Counted from the stretch's first letter, positions 19,048-29,680 are shown. The stretch is 64,000 bases of DNA from an uncultured Prevotellamassilia sp. (GCA_934255485.1 CAKQOG010000011.1:5072-69071); one strand, 5' to 3'. Notes: generated by a model from the letters alone, not told the origin. Made by a program: numbers and translations.

Positions 19048-19097
19048 TTGCTGTTTGTTGCTGTTTGTTGCTGTTTGTTGCTGTTTGTTGCTGTTTG
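19048..19097. repeat. Tandem repeat of 10-bp unit CTGTTTGTTG (4 full copies + partial)
   Basis: Direct reading at 19051-19097, in the 5' region of the radical SAM gene. Confidence 0.9.
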
Positions 19098-19158
19098 CAC
19101 AAGAAAAGAACATTATCAGCACTAACAATGTAGCGAGAATAATTAATGTAAAGAGAAC

Positions 19159-19962
19159 ATGAATGGATATCCAGAAAATAAAGAACATAAGGGGATAGTT
19201 TATCCTTCGCCCATATTTGGCCCCATACATAGCCGCAGATTAGGCATATCTTTAGGCATAAACCTTATGCCAGCCGATGGCAAAGTGTGCACATTCGATT
19301 GCGTATATTGCGAGTGTGGTTTCAATAAAGATCATCACCCACATCAGGCACGTCCCACCCGTCAAGAGGTTAGCAAGGCGTTAGAGCTCCAATTGCAAAA
19401 GATGCAAGCAGAGGGCATAACTCCCGATGTATTCACATTTGCTGGTAATGGTGAACCCACTGCCCACCCCGAATTTGCAGCAATCATAGACGACACTGTT
19501 CGCTTGCGCAATCAGTACTTCCCCAACGCTAAGGTAAGCGTGCTGAGCAATAGCACTATGAGCTTGCGTGCCGAAGTACACGATGCACTGATGAAGGTAG
19601 ACAACAACATCCTTAAACTCGATACCGTAGATGCCGATTACATATCTCGAGTAGACCGCCCCACGGGTTGTTATGATGTTGATAAAATCATCAATTCGCT
19701 CATATCATTCAATGGCCATGTCATTGTGCAATCTATGTTTATGAAAGGCTTTAGCGAGGGCAAAAGCGTAGATAATACAAGCGATGCCTATGTGCTACCA
19801 TGGCTCGAAGCCGTAAAACGCATACACCCGCAACAAGTAATGGTATACACCATAGATCGCGAGACCCCCGATCCCGACCTTCGTAAGGCCACTCATCAAG
19901 AGCTCGACCGCATAGCACAACTTGTAAGGGAGGCTGGTATTGACGTTGAAGTAGCTTATTAA
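19159..19962 (+). CDS. Radical SAM domain protein (CxxxCxxC; subfamily unassigned)
   Basis: CTFDCVYCECG cluster, FAGNGEPT glycine-rich SAM motif; 267 aa. Confidence 0.6.
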   Translation: MNGYPENKEHKGIVYPSPIFGPIHSRRLGISLGINLMPADGKVCTFDCVYCECGFNKDHHPHQARPTRQEVSKALELQLQKMQAEGITPDVFTFAGNGEPTAHPEFAAIIDDTVRLRNQYFPNAKVSVLSNSTMSLRAEVHDALMKVDNNILKLDTVDADYISRVDRPTGCYDVDKIINSLISFNGHVIVQSMFMKGFSEGKSVDNTSDAYVLPWLEAVKRIHPQQVMVYTIDRETPDPDLRKATHQELDRIAQLVREAGIDVEVAY

Positions 19963-19991
19963 AATAAATGTCTGTATAAAACATTAACCCA

Positions 19992-21302
19992 ATGGCTAAA
20001 TATGTAGTAGCATTGTCGGGAGGAGCCGACTCTGTGTGCCTATTGCTCAAGTTGCTCGAGCGCAACGAAGTTGCAATTGCAGCTCATTGCAATTTTCATT
20101 TACGTGGCGAAGAGAGCAATCGCGACGAGATGTTTGTGCGTTCACTTTGCCGTGAACGCGGAGTAGAACTTTTAGTTAAACATTTCGACACGCGCAAAAT
20201 AGTTGCCCAGAGCAGCGAAAGCATTGAAATGGTAGCTCGACGATTACGCTACGAATGGTTCACCCAACTTGTAGAACAATATGCATGTAATGGCGTGGCT
20301 GTAGGGCATCACCAAGAGGATAATGCAGAAACCTTATTACTTAACATTGCACGTGGGACAGGGCTACATGGACTTGTGGGCATGCAGTGCCATGGTTATA
20401 TGGGCAAATTGGTCATTTACCGTCCGCTACTTGTCTATTCAAAGGCACAAATCCTCAGCTATTTGCAGACAAAAGGTCAATCTTTTGTTACTGATAGCAC
20501 CAATGCCGACGTACACTACAAGCGCAACCGCATACGCCAACACATTATACCAGAGTTTCAGCAACTCAATCCGCAATTTGTGCGCACCATCAATTCTATG
20601 TCTCAGCATTTGCAGTCTGCCCTGGCACTTTACCAACTCAAAGTGAACGAAATTGCTCTTTCGTGTGGTCTATCAGCAGTAGATAATGCTCCGCAATATC
20701 AGCAATTAAACATTGAGCAATTACTGCAAAAACCGCAACCATTTAGCATCTTACACGAGCTTTTGTCGCCATTAGGCTTCACCACCTCGCAGGTGCAGAG
20801 CATTCTTACTATGAAAACGGGCGGAATTGTTAGTTCTGCACTGGGCATTGCCACTCGTAATGAGAAAATGCTTATCTTTGGTCCACCTATCGCAATGGTA
20901 GAGAATATACAATTAAATATGCCCACCACCATTGGCGAAACACTCACTACCACATTGCCCAACCACAACATCGAAGCAACGCTTCTATGTCGCAAAGATG
21001 TAGCCTCTTTGCGTTGCCAACCATCTGAAACGCTCATAGATGCCGCAACTATAAAAGGGCAGTTAATGTTGCGCAATGTTGCCATAGCCGATCGTTTCAA
21101 ACCTTTTGGTATGAAAGGCAATAGCCAATTATTGAGCGACTACATGACCAACCATCACCTTTCGCGCGTTGAGAAAGCATTATCAGTGGTGCTGGCAGAC
21201 GATTGTGGCATCGTATGGCTTGTAGGTCAGCGAGCCGACGAGCGAGTGCGCATAACCGAACATACTACCCAAATATTGCGTCTTAAACAATTGAAAGCAT
21301 GA
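19992..21302 (+). CDS. tilS: tRNA(Ile)-lysidine synthetase
   Basis: PP-loop ALSGGADS; 436 aa; C-terminal TilS domain. Confidence 0.85.
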   Translation: MAKYVVALSGGADSVCLLLKLLERNEVAIAAHCNFHLRGEESNRDEMFVRSLCRERGVELLVKHFDTRKIVAQSSESIEMVARRLRYEWFTQLVEQYACNGVAVGHHQEDNAETLLLNIARGTGLHGLVGMQCHGYMGKLVIYRPLLVYSKAQILSYLQTKGQSFVTDSTNADVHYKRNRIRQHIIPEFQQLNPQFVRTINSMSQHLQSALALYQLKVNEIALSCGLSAVDNAPQYQQLNIEQLLQKPQPFSILHELLSPLGFTTSQVQSILTMKTGGIVSSALGIATRNEKMLIFGPPIAMVENIQLNMPTTIGETLTTTLPNHNIEATLLCRKDVASLRCQPSETLIDAATIKGQLMLRNVAIADRFKPFGMKGNSQLLSDYMTNHHLSRVEKALSVVLADDCGIVWLVGQRADERVRITEHTTQILRLKQLKA

Positions 21303-21664
21303 AAACACTACCTATTTTTTTCACAATATGTATGTCAGCCCTTAGCATCTTGTTTTTGTCATGTGGCGAAGACCGTAGTGGCGAGCAGCCTTTTGCCCCA
21401 ATCGTGCAAACGGGAACAGCAGAGCAAGTAGCCGACTCAGTGTTACTTACTGGGGCTGTCACAGCTTCACCCAATAGCCGTTTGTTGGAGTGTGGTTTTG
21501 AATATGGCAACGACACCTTGCGTACCAAGGTTGTGGCCGACACGCTAACCACCTTCTCTGCTTTTACTGACTCGCTTGGCAAGGGCAACTATTATGCAGT
21601 AGCTTATGCCCGTAATGGCGTTGGAACAGGACACGGCGACACCATTCACTTTAGCGTTAAATAA
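21299..21664 (+). CDS. Small hypothetical lipoprotein (ATGA overlap with tilS stop)
   Basis: Signal peptide plus lipobox LFLSCG; no recognisable domain. Confidence 0.4.
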   Translation: MKTLPIFFTICMSALSILFLSCGEDRSGEQPFAPIVQTGTAEQVADSVLLTGAVTASPNSRLLECGFEYGNDTLRTKVVADTLTTFSAFTDSLGKGNYYAVAYARNGVGTGHGDTIHFSVK

Positions 21665-21681
21665 ATGGTGTATCTTTACAA

Positions 21682-21730
21682 AATGCAGAGGGCATATACA
21701 CAAACAGAATGTGTATATGCGCTCTGCATT
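21682..21730. terminator. Long perfect hairpin (bidirectional terminator-like)
   Basis: AATGCAGAGGGCATATACACA-AACAGAA-TGTGTATATGCGCTCTGCATT. Confidence 0.5.
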
Positions 21731-22049
21731 AATGCTATATTCAGCCTTTAACCCTCATCGTTAGTCCATTCAGGATTATCCCATCCTGAACGTTCGTTAG
21801 AGAGTTTATCCTCGCCACCAATATTGTCGAGGTCGAAAAGTGAGAAACCACCCAACTGTGCTGCATTGAGTATAGCGGGCAATGCAAGGAAAGCCTTACC
21901 ACCTTTGTTAATAACGCGAGTTATAAATACGATTATTACGCTTCTCTATTCTTATTTTCTCATCACTATATACGCAAAAAAGTCTCAACCCTTCACAAAG
22001 AGTTGAGACTTTAGTTTGATTTGTATCAAAAAAGCTGAGTAAGCAAGTA

Positions 22050-22355
22050 CTATACCTTGATTTCAACTTCAACACCACAAGGCAATTCAAGCTTCATCAA
22101 TGCATCAACAGTCTTAGTAGTTGAGCTGTAGATGTCGATGAGACGCTTGTAAGTAGAAATCTCGAACTGCTCACGGCTCTTCTTATTAACGAAAGTTGAG
22201 CGGTTTACAGTGATGATACGCTTGCGTGTAGGAAGGGGGATAGGACCGCTAACAACGGCACCTGTAGCCTTCACATTCTTTACGATCTTCTCAGCTGACT
22301 TTTCAACGAGAGTGTGATCGTAGCTCTTGAGCTTGATACGAATTTTTTGACTCAT
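22050..22355 (-). CDS. rpsJ: 30S ribosomal protein S10
   Basis: [14 protein letters not shown]...STYKRLIDI; canonical S10. Confidence 0.95.
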   Translation of the reverse strand: MSQKIRIKLKSYDHTLVEKSAEKIVKNVKATGAVVSGPIPLPTRKRIITVNRSTFVNKKSREQFEISTYKRLIDIYSSTTKTVDALMKLELPCGVEVEIKV

Positions 22356-22385
22356 TTTATTTTTGTTTGTTTTGTTTATGAAACG

Positions 22386-22448
22386 CCTTGTAAGGCAACA
22401 GGATAAGAGTCATTCGTTATCCTGTTCCTTTTCAAGGCAAAAAGTAAG
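22386..22448 (-). promoter_or_regulatory. Structured intercistronic element between fusA and rpsJ (nested hairpins)
   Basis: CCTTGTAAGGCAACAGGATAA ... TTATCCTGTTCCTTTTCAAGG forms a 9-bp inner stem plus an outer stem inside the 126-bp fusA-rpsJ gap. Confidence 0.35.
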
Positions 22449-22481
22449 TTATTCTTAATCAGATTTGCTATTGCTCTCAGA

Positions 22482-24602
22482 TTACTTTACGAGGTCTACA
22501 CGACCCTTAATTTCTTCGAGCACGGCACGTGCAATGCTTGAAGATACAGGAGCGTGGTGATCGTATTGCATAGAGCTTGATGCACGACCTGAAGTGATGG
22601 TACGGAGAGCTGTTACGTAACCGAACATCTCTGCCAATGGAACCATTGCCTTAACGACACGAGCACCGCTGCGGCTTGTTTCCATACCTTCAACTTGGCC
22701 ACGACGCTTATTCAAGTCACCGATAACGTCACCCATGTTCTCCTCAGGAGTTACAACTTCGAGTTTCATGATAGGCTCCATCAATACAGGACCTGCTTGA
22801 GCGCAAGCGTTCTTATAAGCTTGGAGAGCTGCAATTTCGAATGACAATTGGTCTGAGTCCACTGGGTGGAAAGAACCATCGAGGAGCTCTACCTTGAGGC
22901 TATCCAATGGGAAGCCACCGAGCACACCGCTCTTCATTGCATTCTCAAAACCCTTTTGTACAGAAGGGATGAATTCCTTAGGAATGTTACCACCAGTTAC
23001 CTTGTTGATAAACTGCAAGCCACCTTCCTTGAAGTCTTCGTCTACAGGACCAACGTTTACGATGATGTCTGCAAACTTACCACGACCACCTGACTGCTTC
23101 TTGTAAACCTCACGAAGATTAACTGTCTTAGTAATAGCTTCCTTGTAGTTTACTTGTGGTTTACCTTGGTTACATTCAACCTTGAATTCACGTTTCAAAC
23201 GGTCGATAATGATATCCAAGTGAAGCTCACCCATACCAGAGATGACAGTCTGACCAGTTTGTTCGTCAGTCTTTACAGTAAAGGTTGGGTCTTCTTCTGC
23301 CAACTTAGCAAGACCTTGTGATAGTTTGTCGAGGTCTTTCTGAGTCTTAGGTTCTACTGCGATACCAATTACTGGATCGGGGAAGTCCATAGATTCGAGT
23401 ACGATTGGAGCATCCTCATCGCAGAGAGTATCACCAGTGTGGATATCCTTAAAACCTACACCTGCACCAATATCACCAGCTGAGATAACTTCTACTGGGT
23501 TCTGGTGGTTTGAGTGCATTTGGAACAAACGTGATACACGTTCCTTCTTGCGTGAACGAGTGTTGTAGATATATGAACCTGCTTCGATCTTACCAGAGTA
23601 AACACGGAAGAATGTCAAACGGCCTACATAGGGGTCGGTTGCAATCTTAAATGCAAGAGCTGCAGTGTGTTCGTCTTCGCTTGGCTTGCGGTCTTCTTCT
23701 TCGCCTGTATCGGGGTTTGTACCTACGATGTTAGGAGTATCGAGAGGAGAAGGAAGGAACATACATACGTAGTCAAGCAATGTTTGTACACCCTTGTTCT
23801 TGAATGAAGAACCTTGAGTCATAGGTACGATATCCATTGCAAGTGTACCCTTACGGATAGCTGCAATGATTTCTTCTTCGGTGATTGAAGAAGGATCTTC
23901 GAAGAATTTCTCCATCAAAGCTTCGTCGCACTCAGCAGCAGTTTCAACCATCTTGTCGTGCCACTCTTGTGCTTCGTCTTGAAGTTCAGCGGGGATATCA
24001 TCGATTTCGTATTCAGCACCCATTGTTTCGTCGTGCCAGAAGATAGCCTTCATTTTGATAAGGTCTACGATACCTTTGAAGTTTTCTTCTGCACCAATAG
24101 GAATTGAAATTACACAAGGATGTGCACCTAAGATAGCCTTCATTTGGCGTACGACTTCAAAGAAGTCGGCACCTGAACGGTCCATCTTGTTTACGTAACC
24201 AATACGTGGTACGTTGTACTTGTCAGCTTGACGCCATACTGTTTCAGACTGTGGTTCTACACCACCTACTGCACAATATGTTGCCACAGCGCCATCGAGC
24301 ACACGGAGTGAACGTTCAACCTCAGCGGTAAAGTCAACGTGTCCCGGAGTATCAATCAAGTTGATTTTGTAAATTTGGTTATTCCAGTGCCATTGGCAGG
24401 TTGTAGCTGCTGATGTAATGGTTATACCACGCTCTTGTTCCTGAGCCATCCAGTCCATCGTTGCACCACCATCGTGAACCTCACCGATCTTGTGAGTTTT
24501 ACCTGTATAGAACAGAATACGCTCAGAAGTAGTGGTCTTACCGGCATCGATGTGAGCCATGATACCGATGTTACGAGTCAAATGTAAATCGTGCTTTGCC
24601 AT
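22482..24602 (-). CDS. fusA: Translation elongation factor G
   Basis: [10 protein letters not shown]1 motif, DTPGH, NKMD; 706 aa. Confidence 0.97.
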   Translation of the reverse strand: MAKHDLHLTRNIGIMAHIDAGKTTTSERILFYTGKTHKIGEVHDGGATMDWMAQEQERGITITSAATTCQWHWNNQIYKINLIDTPGHVDFTAEVERSLRVLDGAVATYCAVGGVEPQSETVWRQADKYNVPRIGYVNKMDRSGADFFEVVRQMKAILGAHPCVISIPIGAEENFKGIVDLIKMKAIFWHDETMGAEYEIDDIPAELQDEAQEWHDKMVETAAECDEALMEKFFEDPSSITEEEIIAAIRKGTLAMDIVPMTQGSSFKNKGVQTLLDYVCMFLPSPLDTPNIVGTNPDTGEEEDRKPSEDEHTAALAFKIATDPYVGRLTFFRVYSGKIEAGSYIYNTRSRKKERVSRLFQMHSNHQNPVEVISAGDIGAGVGFKDIHTGDTLCDEDAPIVLESMDFPDPVIGIAVEPKTQKDLDKLSQGLAKLAEEDPTFTVKTDEQTGQTVISGMGELHLDIIIDRLKREFKVECNQGKPQVNYKEAITKTVNLREVYKKQSGGRGKFADIIVNVGPVDEDFKEGGLQFINKVTGGNIPKEFIPSVQKGFENAMKSGVLGGFPLDSLKVELLDGSFHPVDSDQLSFEIAALQAYKNACAQAGPVLMEPIMKLEVVTPEENMGDVIGDLNKRRGQVEGMETSRSGARVVKAMVPLAEMFGYVTALRTITSGRASSSMQYDHHAPVSSSIARAVLEEIKGRVDLVK

Positions 24603-24628
24603 CGTTTAATGTATACTCAATGTTAAAT

Positions 24629-25105
24629 TTAGAATCTGAAGTGAGCGAATGCACGGTTAGCCTCAGCCATACGATGCATATCTTCTTTACGCTTGAATGC
24701 GCCACCTTGTTCGTTGTAAGCGTCCATAATCTCTGCAGCGAGTTTGTCTGCCATAGTCTTACCGCCGCGCTTACGAGCGAAAGCAATCATGTTCTTCATT
24801 GAAACAGACTCCTTACGATCGGGACGGATTTCTGTAGGAACTTGGAATGTTGCACCACCGATACGACGGCTCTTAACCTCTACTTGAGGAGTGATCTTAT
24901 CGAGGGCTGCCTTCCAAATTTCGAGTGCGCTCTTTTCTTGATCTTTCATCTTTTCACCTACAATGTTCAATGCGTTGTAGAAGATTTCGTATGAGATAGT
25001 TTTCTTACCATCATACATCAAGTGGTTTACGAACTTTGAAACTTTTTGGTCGCCGAACACGGGATCTGGAAGAATCACGCGCTTCTTTGGTTTTGCCTTT
25101 CTCAT
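24629..25105 (-). CDS. rpsG: 30S ribosomal protein S7
   Basis: Canonical S7 sequence, 158 aa. Confidence 0.95.
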   Translation of the reverse strand: MRKAKPKKRVILPDPVFGDQKVSKFVNHLMYDGKKTISYEIFYNALNIVGEKMKDQEKSALEIWKAALDKITPQVEVKSRRIGGATFQVPTEIRPDRKESVSMKNMIAFARKRGGKTMADKLAAEIMDAYNEQGGAFKRKEDMHRMAEANRAFAHFRF

Positions 25106-25410
25106 TGTGAGTTAAAATGGTTTTGTTAGGGCTGCATATGGGTTCTTCAATTCCTCATTTGGATATTTACTCAACCTCTGCAAACCAATTTATTAAATAA
25201 AATATTGATTATTATTAGCACTCTTCTTTGGGGGAGAATGCTGTTATCTTTTCTGTATTTACAGAAATGTTTTAGGGGAGCAAGTGTATCAAAATCAATA
25301 ACTAAATGTTCATCTTCAACACTTTATCAACAAAAGCTAAAGCACAGCATCGACAAATACGATGCACGTTTTGGCTTAATTTATTTCTTCCCCAATATTT
25401 CATTGGATTT

Positions 25411-25448
25411 GCGTGTGTGATGTTTTTTATAAGCTCATCACACACGCT
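25411..25448 (-). promoter_or_regulatory. 13-bp-stem hairpin immediately downstream of rpsL, inside an unusually long (~360 bp) rpsL-rpsG spacer
   Basis: GCGTGTGTGATG ... CATCACACACGC with no clear U-tract; it could be a processing, attenuation or S7-binding structure. Confidence 0.3.
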
Positions 25449-25465
25449 TATCCATGAAATTGTTT

Positions 25466-25849
25466 TTACTTCTTAGCGGCCTTTGGACGCTTAGCACCGT
25501 ACTTAGAACGACGTTGAGTACGGTTTGCTACACCAGCTGTATCGAGTGTACCGCGAACGATGTGGTAACGTACACCAGGAAGGTCCTTAACACGACCGCC
25601 ACGTACCAATACGATGCTATGTTCTTGCAAGTTGTGGCCTTCTCCTGGGATGTAAGAGTTTACCTCCTTTGAGTTTGTCAAACGTACACGAGCTACCTTA
25701 CGCATTGCTGAGTTAGGTTTCTTAGGTGTGGTGGTATACACACGCACACAAACGCCACGGCGCTGAGGACATGAATCGAGTGCAGGCGACTTACTTTTGT
25801 CTGCAGCTACGCTTCTGCCCTTTCTTACCAATTGTTGAATAGTAGGCAT
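25466..25849 (-). CDS. rpsL: 30S ribosomal protein S12
   Basis: [12 protein letters not shown]...PKKPNSA; canonical S12. Confidence 0.95.
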   Translation of the reverse strand: MPTIQQLVRKGRSVAADKSKSPALDSCPQRRGVCVRVYTTTPKKPNSAMRKVARVRLTNSKEVNSYIPGEGHNLQEHSIVLVRGGRVKDLPGVRYHIVRGTLDTAGVANRTQRRSKYGAKRPKAAKK

Positions 25850-26319
25850 TGTCTTTTATTTTTATTATTATATATTGTTTTATTTTTTTCGGATATTTAG
25901 AGATGAATGATTACACTACACCATTCGGACTGCAAAGTTACTAACTTTTATCGGAACCACAAATAAAAACTCCGTCTTATTGTACATGTTTTTTACGCTT
26001 TTCTGTTTCGTTGGCTTTCAGTAATCGGCATAGAACTACTTCAAGACGCATTTACGGGCCAAAGGTTGTTTACATTGGTTTCTTTGTCTTCTGAAAGACT
26101 TACAAGGTATTGCAAAAACGATAGGCAAACACCAATTGTGCACATTTTACAATCATACTTTTTAAGCTTAATGTAAGGGGGATGGATACATGTTATGGTT
26201 ATTTTATTTACTGCTATGATTAGTTGTGATATTGTGTTGGAAGATTTGCATAAAATAGCTAATTTTGAAGTCCAAAAAAGTAACATTATCAACCCCTATT
26301 TGAAGTTCAAATATCAGAC

Positions 26320-27579
26320 ATGAATATTCGCCATACCATTGCCCTCTCAGTTCTTTTTGCGAGTCTTTGTGGTGCATCTCCGTGTGTTGCACAAGTAGAC
26401 TCTTTGGTGTTTAATACCGAAGATGCACACATTGCACCAACCGAAAAGAACGAACTTAGATTTAACTTACAAGCTCTGGCATTTTTTAAGGACAATGAGT
26501 TCAATAGCAAGGATGTGGTGAAGGGATACACGCTTCCGGGCATGTGGATTTCCCCAAGCATAAGCTATCAACCACTGCACAACTTGACGGTTGAAGTGGG
26601 GGCACACATGCTTCATTATTGGGGAGCAGACCGCTATCCAACGACAAATATTGGCGACTTAACGCACAACAATGATGACAAAACTACCAAGGCTTTTCAT
26701 TGCGTGCCGCTTTTTAGAGCCAACTTACAACTATCCAACAAGGTGAACATCGTACTGGGTTCAATCTATGGCAAAGCCTTTCATCAACTCACCGAACCGC
26801 TCTATAACAGCGAAAGATGCCTAACAGCCGACCCCGAAACTGGGGTGCAACTGATATGGAATAACCATTGGTTACACTTTGACACATGGGTGGATTGGCA
26901 AAAATTTATTTATAAGAGAGACAATAAGCAGGAGGAATTTACCTACGGCTTGTCGGCTCGGTTACTTGCTAATCCCAAGACAAAAGCTACGCAAGTATAC
27001 TTTCCGCTACAAGTATTGATGCACCACATAGGGGGCGAAATCAACACCGAGGCGCAAGAACGAAGCATTAAAACATGGCTGAATGCAGCTACTGGTGTGG
27101 GCATAAACATACCACTTAACACGCGTATACCGACAAGCATTAATAGCGAAGTAACCGCTCATTACTATAGCCAGCAAAAGGGCACTGCCCTACCCTATAA
27201 AAATGGTACAGGCATATTTGCTAAGGTGCAAGCCAAGGTATGGAACTTTTGTGCCACTGCAAGCTATTGGTATAGCAACAAGTTTATCAGCATTTATGGC
27301 AACCCATTATTCAATGCTATAGGCAACACCGACGAGGTTAATTTGATGTCGAAACCCCGCATGTTTATACTACAAGCTGAGTATGCTCAGCAAATTGGAC
27401 ACGGCTTTTCGTGGGGAGTGAGCATTGCTTATGACATTCATAACCAAAAGAGCATTTACCACACCGAGACCTCAACTTGGGACAAAGGAAAAGCAACCTC
27501 CGACCTTGGCGCAGGGATATATTTAAGGCTCAACCCAAGTTTTTTGATAAAGAAATTCAAAACTGAACAAACACACTGA
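26320..27579 (+). CDS. Hypothetical secreted/outer-membrane protein (signal peptide, beta-rich)
   Basis: N-terminal signal peptide ending CVAQ; alternating aromatic/polar pattern. No recognised catalytic motif. Confidence 0.35.
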   Translation: MNIRHTIALSVLFASLCGASPCVAQVDSLVFNTEDAHIAPTEKNELRFNLQALAFFKDNEFNSKDVVKGYTLPGMWISPSISYQPLHNLTVEVGAHMLHYWGADRYPTTNIGDLTHNNDDKTTKAFHCVPLFRANLQLSNKVNIVLGSIYGKAFHQLTEPLYNSERCLTADPETGVQLIWNNHWLHFDTWVDWQKFIYKRDNKQEEFTYGLSARLLANPKTKATQVYFPLQVLMHHIGGEINTEAQERSIKTWLNAATGVGINIPLNTRIPTSINSEVTAHYYSQQKGTALPYKNGTGIFAKVQAKVWNFCATASYWYSNKFISIYGNPLFNAIGNTDEVNLMSKPRMFILQAEYAQQIGHGFSWGVSIAYDIHNQKSIYHTETSTWDKGKATSDLGAGIYLRLNPSFLIKKFKTEQTH

Positions 27580-27720
27580 TAACAAGGATGCGCTGACTTA
27601 CATCTGTAAGTTTCGATTTATATTCTTTTTTATTATTCCCTACTTAAAAGCTTTGGGAATAGCGCACATACTAAAAAGTTTTTATTAACTTCGCATAAAA
27701 TTTCTACAACTATAAAAACA

Positions 27721-27969
27721 ATGAACACAAACAATACTAACAAAACACACGAGGGAATGGCACAAGGCATGTCTAACATCTACGATGAAGTAAACACATC
27801 GGTAGCCTCAGCCATCAAGCAAGATTTGGTAGCACATTTTGGTAAAGGCTTATACTATCACCTTAAGAATGGTGAAAAGCCCATCAATGCAGAGCAACAG
27901 GCTTTTATTGCCGAAACATTTGTAAAGCATGGTGTTTCTACTCCACCCGTATACGATAAAGTGTTGTAA
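27721..27969 (+). CDS. Small hypothetical protein
   Basis: Only the ORF and its context; weak call. Confidence 0.2.
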   Translation: MNTNNTNKTHEGMAQGMSNIYDEVNTSVASAIKQDLVAHFGKGLYYHLKNGEKPINAEQQAFIAETFVKHGVSTPPVYDKVL

Positions 27970-27996
27970 AAGAATATATATAAATTCTATAGTAAG

Positions 27997-28042
27997 AATG
28001 AGCAACGATTGCCTATTTAAAAGACAGTCGTTGCTCATTTTT
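27997..28042. terminator. Bidirectional terminator-like hairpin between convergent genes
   Basis: AATGAGCAACGATTG ... CAGTCGTTGCTCATTTTT. Confidence 0.45.
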
Positions 28043-28063
28043 CCTTGTATTAAAAGTGTTGTT

Positions 28064-28981
28064 TCACACCACCTTCTGGGGCTTGCGCTCATTTCTTTGA
28101 GCAAATAGTTCGTCGATAATACCATCTGCCAAGCCTATCACTGGCACATGAATATAGGCTGCATGAACAATGTGGGCTATGCGCAAAAATATCTCGGCAG
28201 CTGGTATGATAACATCGGCACGGTCGGCTTTAAGTGCAAAGCGTTCCATGCGTTGCTCTATGGTTAAGGGGCGCAATTGGTCGTAGATGGCTTGTACTGA
28301 GTAGATAGGCATACGCTGAAGTTCTTTGTCTTTAACAGCTGTCATGCGGTATATCTTGTTGATGTTTCCACCCGAACCTATGATGTTGATGTGGTCGGTG
28401 CTTGTCATCATTGCTTGCAAGTCGGCTTCAAGGCGTTGCCACTCTGTGGGTTTAACTTTTTCTGTAAGCAAACGCACAGTACCAATGTTGTACGACACAG
28501 AACTTTGCAGTTCACCATTCATCAGGAAATTTATTTCGGTAGAACCACCACCCACATCTACATAGATATACGCCCCCGTTCGGTCGGCCATACATTCTAT
28601 GTGATTGCTATACACGATATGCGCCTCTTCCTTGCCATCGATGATTTCGATATTCAAGCCTGTTTCCTTATATATCTTCTTAATCACATCAATTCCGTTG
28701 CTGGCATCTCGCATAGCAGATGTGGCGCATGCACGATAATCGTACACATCATATATCTTCATGATTTGACGATAGGCCTTCATCAGTCGGCGCAACTTCT
28801 CGGCTTTTTTATCAGAAAGCGCACCATTCTTAAAGATGTCGAAACCTAAACGCAAAGGCACACGCATCAACTGCATTTTCTTGAATTTCTCCTTATCATC
28901 GGCATCGCTGTCAATACTCTTGATAAGCAAGCGAACGGCATTTGAACCTATATCGATAGCAGCATAATTTAGAGTTGGCAT
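28064..28981 (-). CDS. ppx: Ppx/GppA-family phosphatase (exopolyphosphatase, short form)
   Basis: N-terminus AAIDIGSNAVRLLI (actin-like ATPase fold motif of Ppx/GppA); 305 aa. Confidence 0.8.
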   Translation of the reverse strand: MPTLNYAAIDIGSNAVRLLIKSIDSDADDKEKFKKMQLMRVPLRLGFDIFKNGALSDKKAEKLRRLMKAYRQIMKIYDVYDYRACATSAMRDASNGIDVIKKIYKETGLNIEIIDGKEEAHIVYSNHIECMADRTGAYIYVDVGGGSTEINFLMNGELQSSVSYNIGTVRLLTEKVKPTEWQRLEADLQAMMTSTDHINIIGSGGNINKIYRMTAVKDKELQRMPIYSVQAIYDQLRPLTIEQRMERFALKADRADVIIPAAEIFLRIAHIVHAAYIHVPVIGLADGIIDELFAQRNERKPQKVV

Positions 28982-28992
28982 ATAGCAATATG

Positions 28993-29461
28993 TTATTCGG
29001 TTTTATAACTATTATAGATAGCCTCTTGCGAGCGGAAAGGTGTAGGTCCGTCGGTTTGCCACGGAAGGTTTGCCCCTGTGCCGTCTACCATACGCCCCTG
29101 CATGTTGTCTGACAAGGCATAATCTATCACCTTTTTAAGGTCTTCTGTCACTTTGTGTATGGCATGCTCATACTCTTTGGCATAGCTTGCATTCAGTTTG
29201 TTGATAACCTTAAGCGTTTCTACAGCCTCTTGTCTGTCGTTTTTTGTTTCCTTATCATCGCATTCGGCTATGCGGTTGAGCAATGCCACACGCACACGAA
29301 AGAACTCATCAAGATTGTTTTGAGTATATACCTAAAAAGCCCAAACGTTCGAGCAATGGAACATTTTTTTTTTCGGCTTCTTGCAATATACGATAGTTAA
29401 AAAACATCCAACTTACATCGCGTGGAACATACTCTTTATAGCTTTTTTCGCTCTTCTTCAT
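28993..29461 (-). pseudogene. ppk: Polyphosphate kinase 1 N-terminal-domain remnant, frameshifted (ppk1 fragment)
   Basis: From ATG at 29461: MKKSEKSYKEYVPRDVSWMFFNYRILQEAEKKNVPLLERLGFLGIYS (PPK_N signature: SWL.FN.RVLEEA...PLLERL.FL.I.SSNLDEFF). The frame breaks in an A4 run near 29317. The next frame continues NLDEFFRVRVALLNRIAE... to a stop at 28993, ~156 codons in total. The ~550-aa catalytic remainder of PPK1 is absent. The fragment also carries a 10-T homopolymer at 29362-29371. Confidence 0.55.
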
Positions 29462-29680
29462 TGTCAATAGATTTTGCTTATTTTTCTATTGGCAAAAGTA
29501 CAATGTTGGTATGTTAAAGATGTTACAGCCGCATTACAAAAGTGTGAAGGTAAAAGTTGTGGTTCTACACACTATAGGCAACGTAAGTTCTTTAATAATC
29601 AATCAAAATAAGCCACAAAGAGATGTAATGAACACACTCTTTGCGGCTTAATTATGAGATTAAATCTACTTATGCACGCA

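Noticed and set aside
21752-21905. ~50-codon minus-strand ORF fragment downstream of rpsJ (…GGFSLFDLDNIGGEDKLSNERSGWDNPEWTNDEG*)
   Set aside because: It has no ATG/GTG/TTG start in frame before the upstream stop, it is under 60 aa, and it has no recognisable family. It is kept only as a possible decayed remnant (see the str/S10 finding).
25205-25420. 71-aa plus-strand ORF in the rpsL-rpsG spacer
   Set aside because: It is on the opposite strand to the operon, has low-complexity sequence and no RBS/start context. The region is better explained as structured intercistronic RNA.
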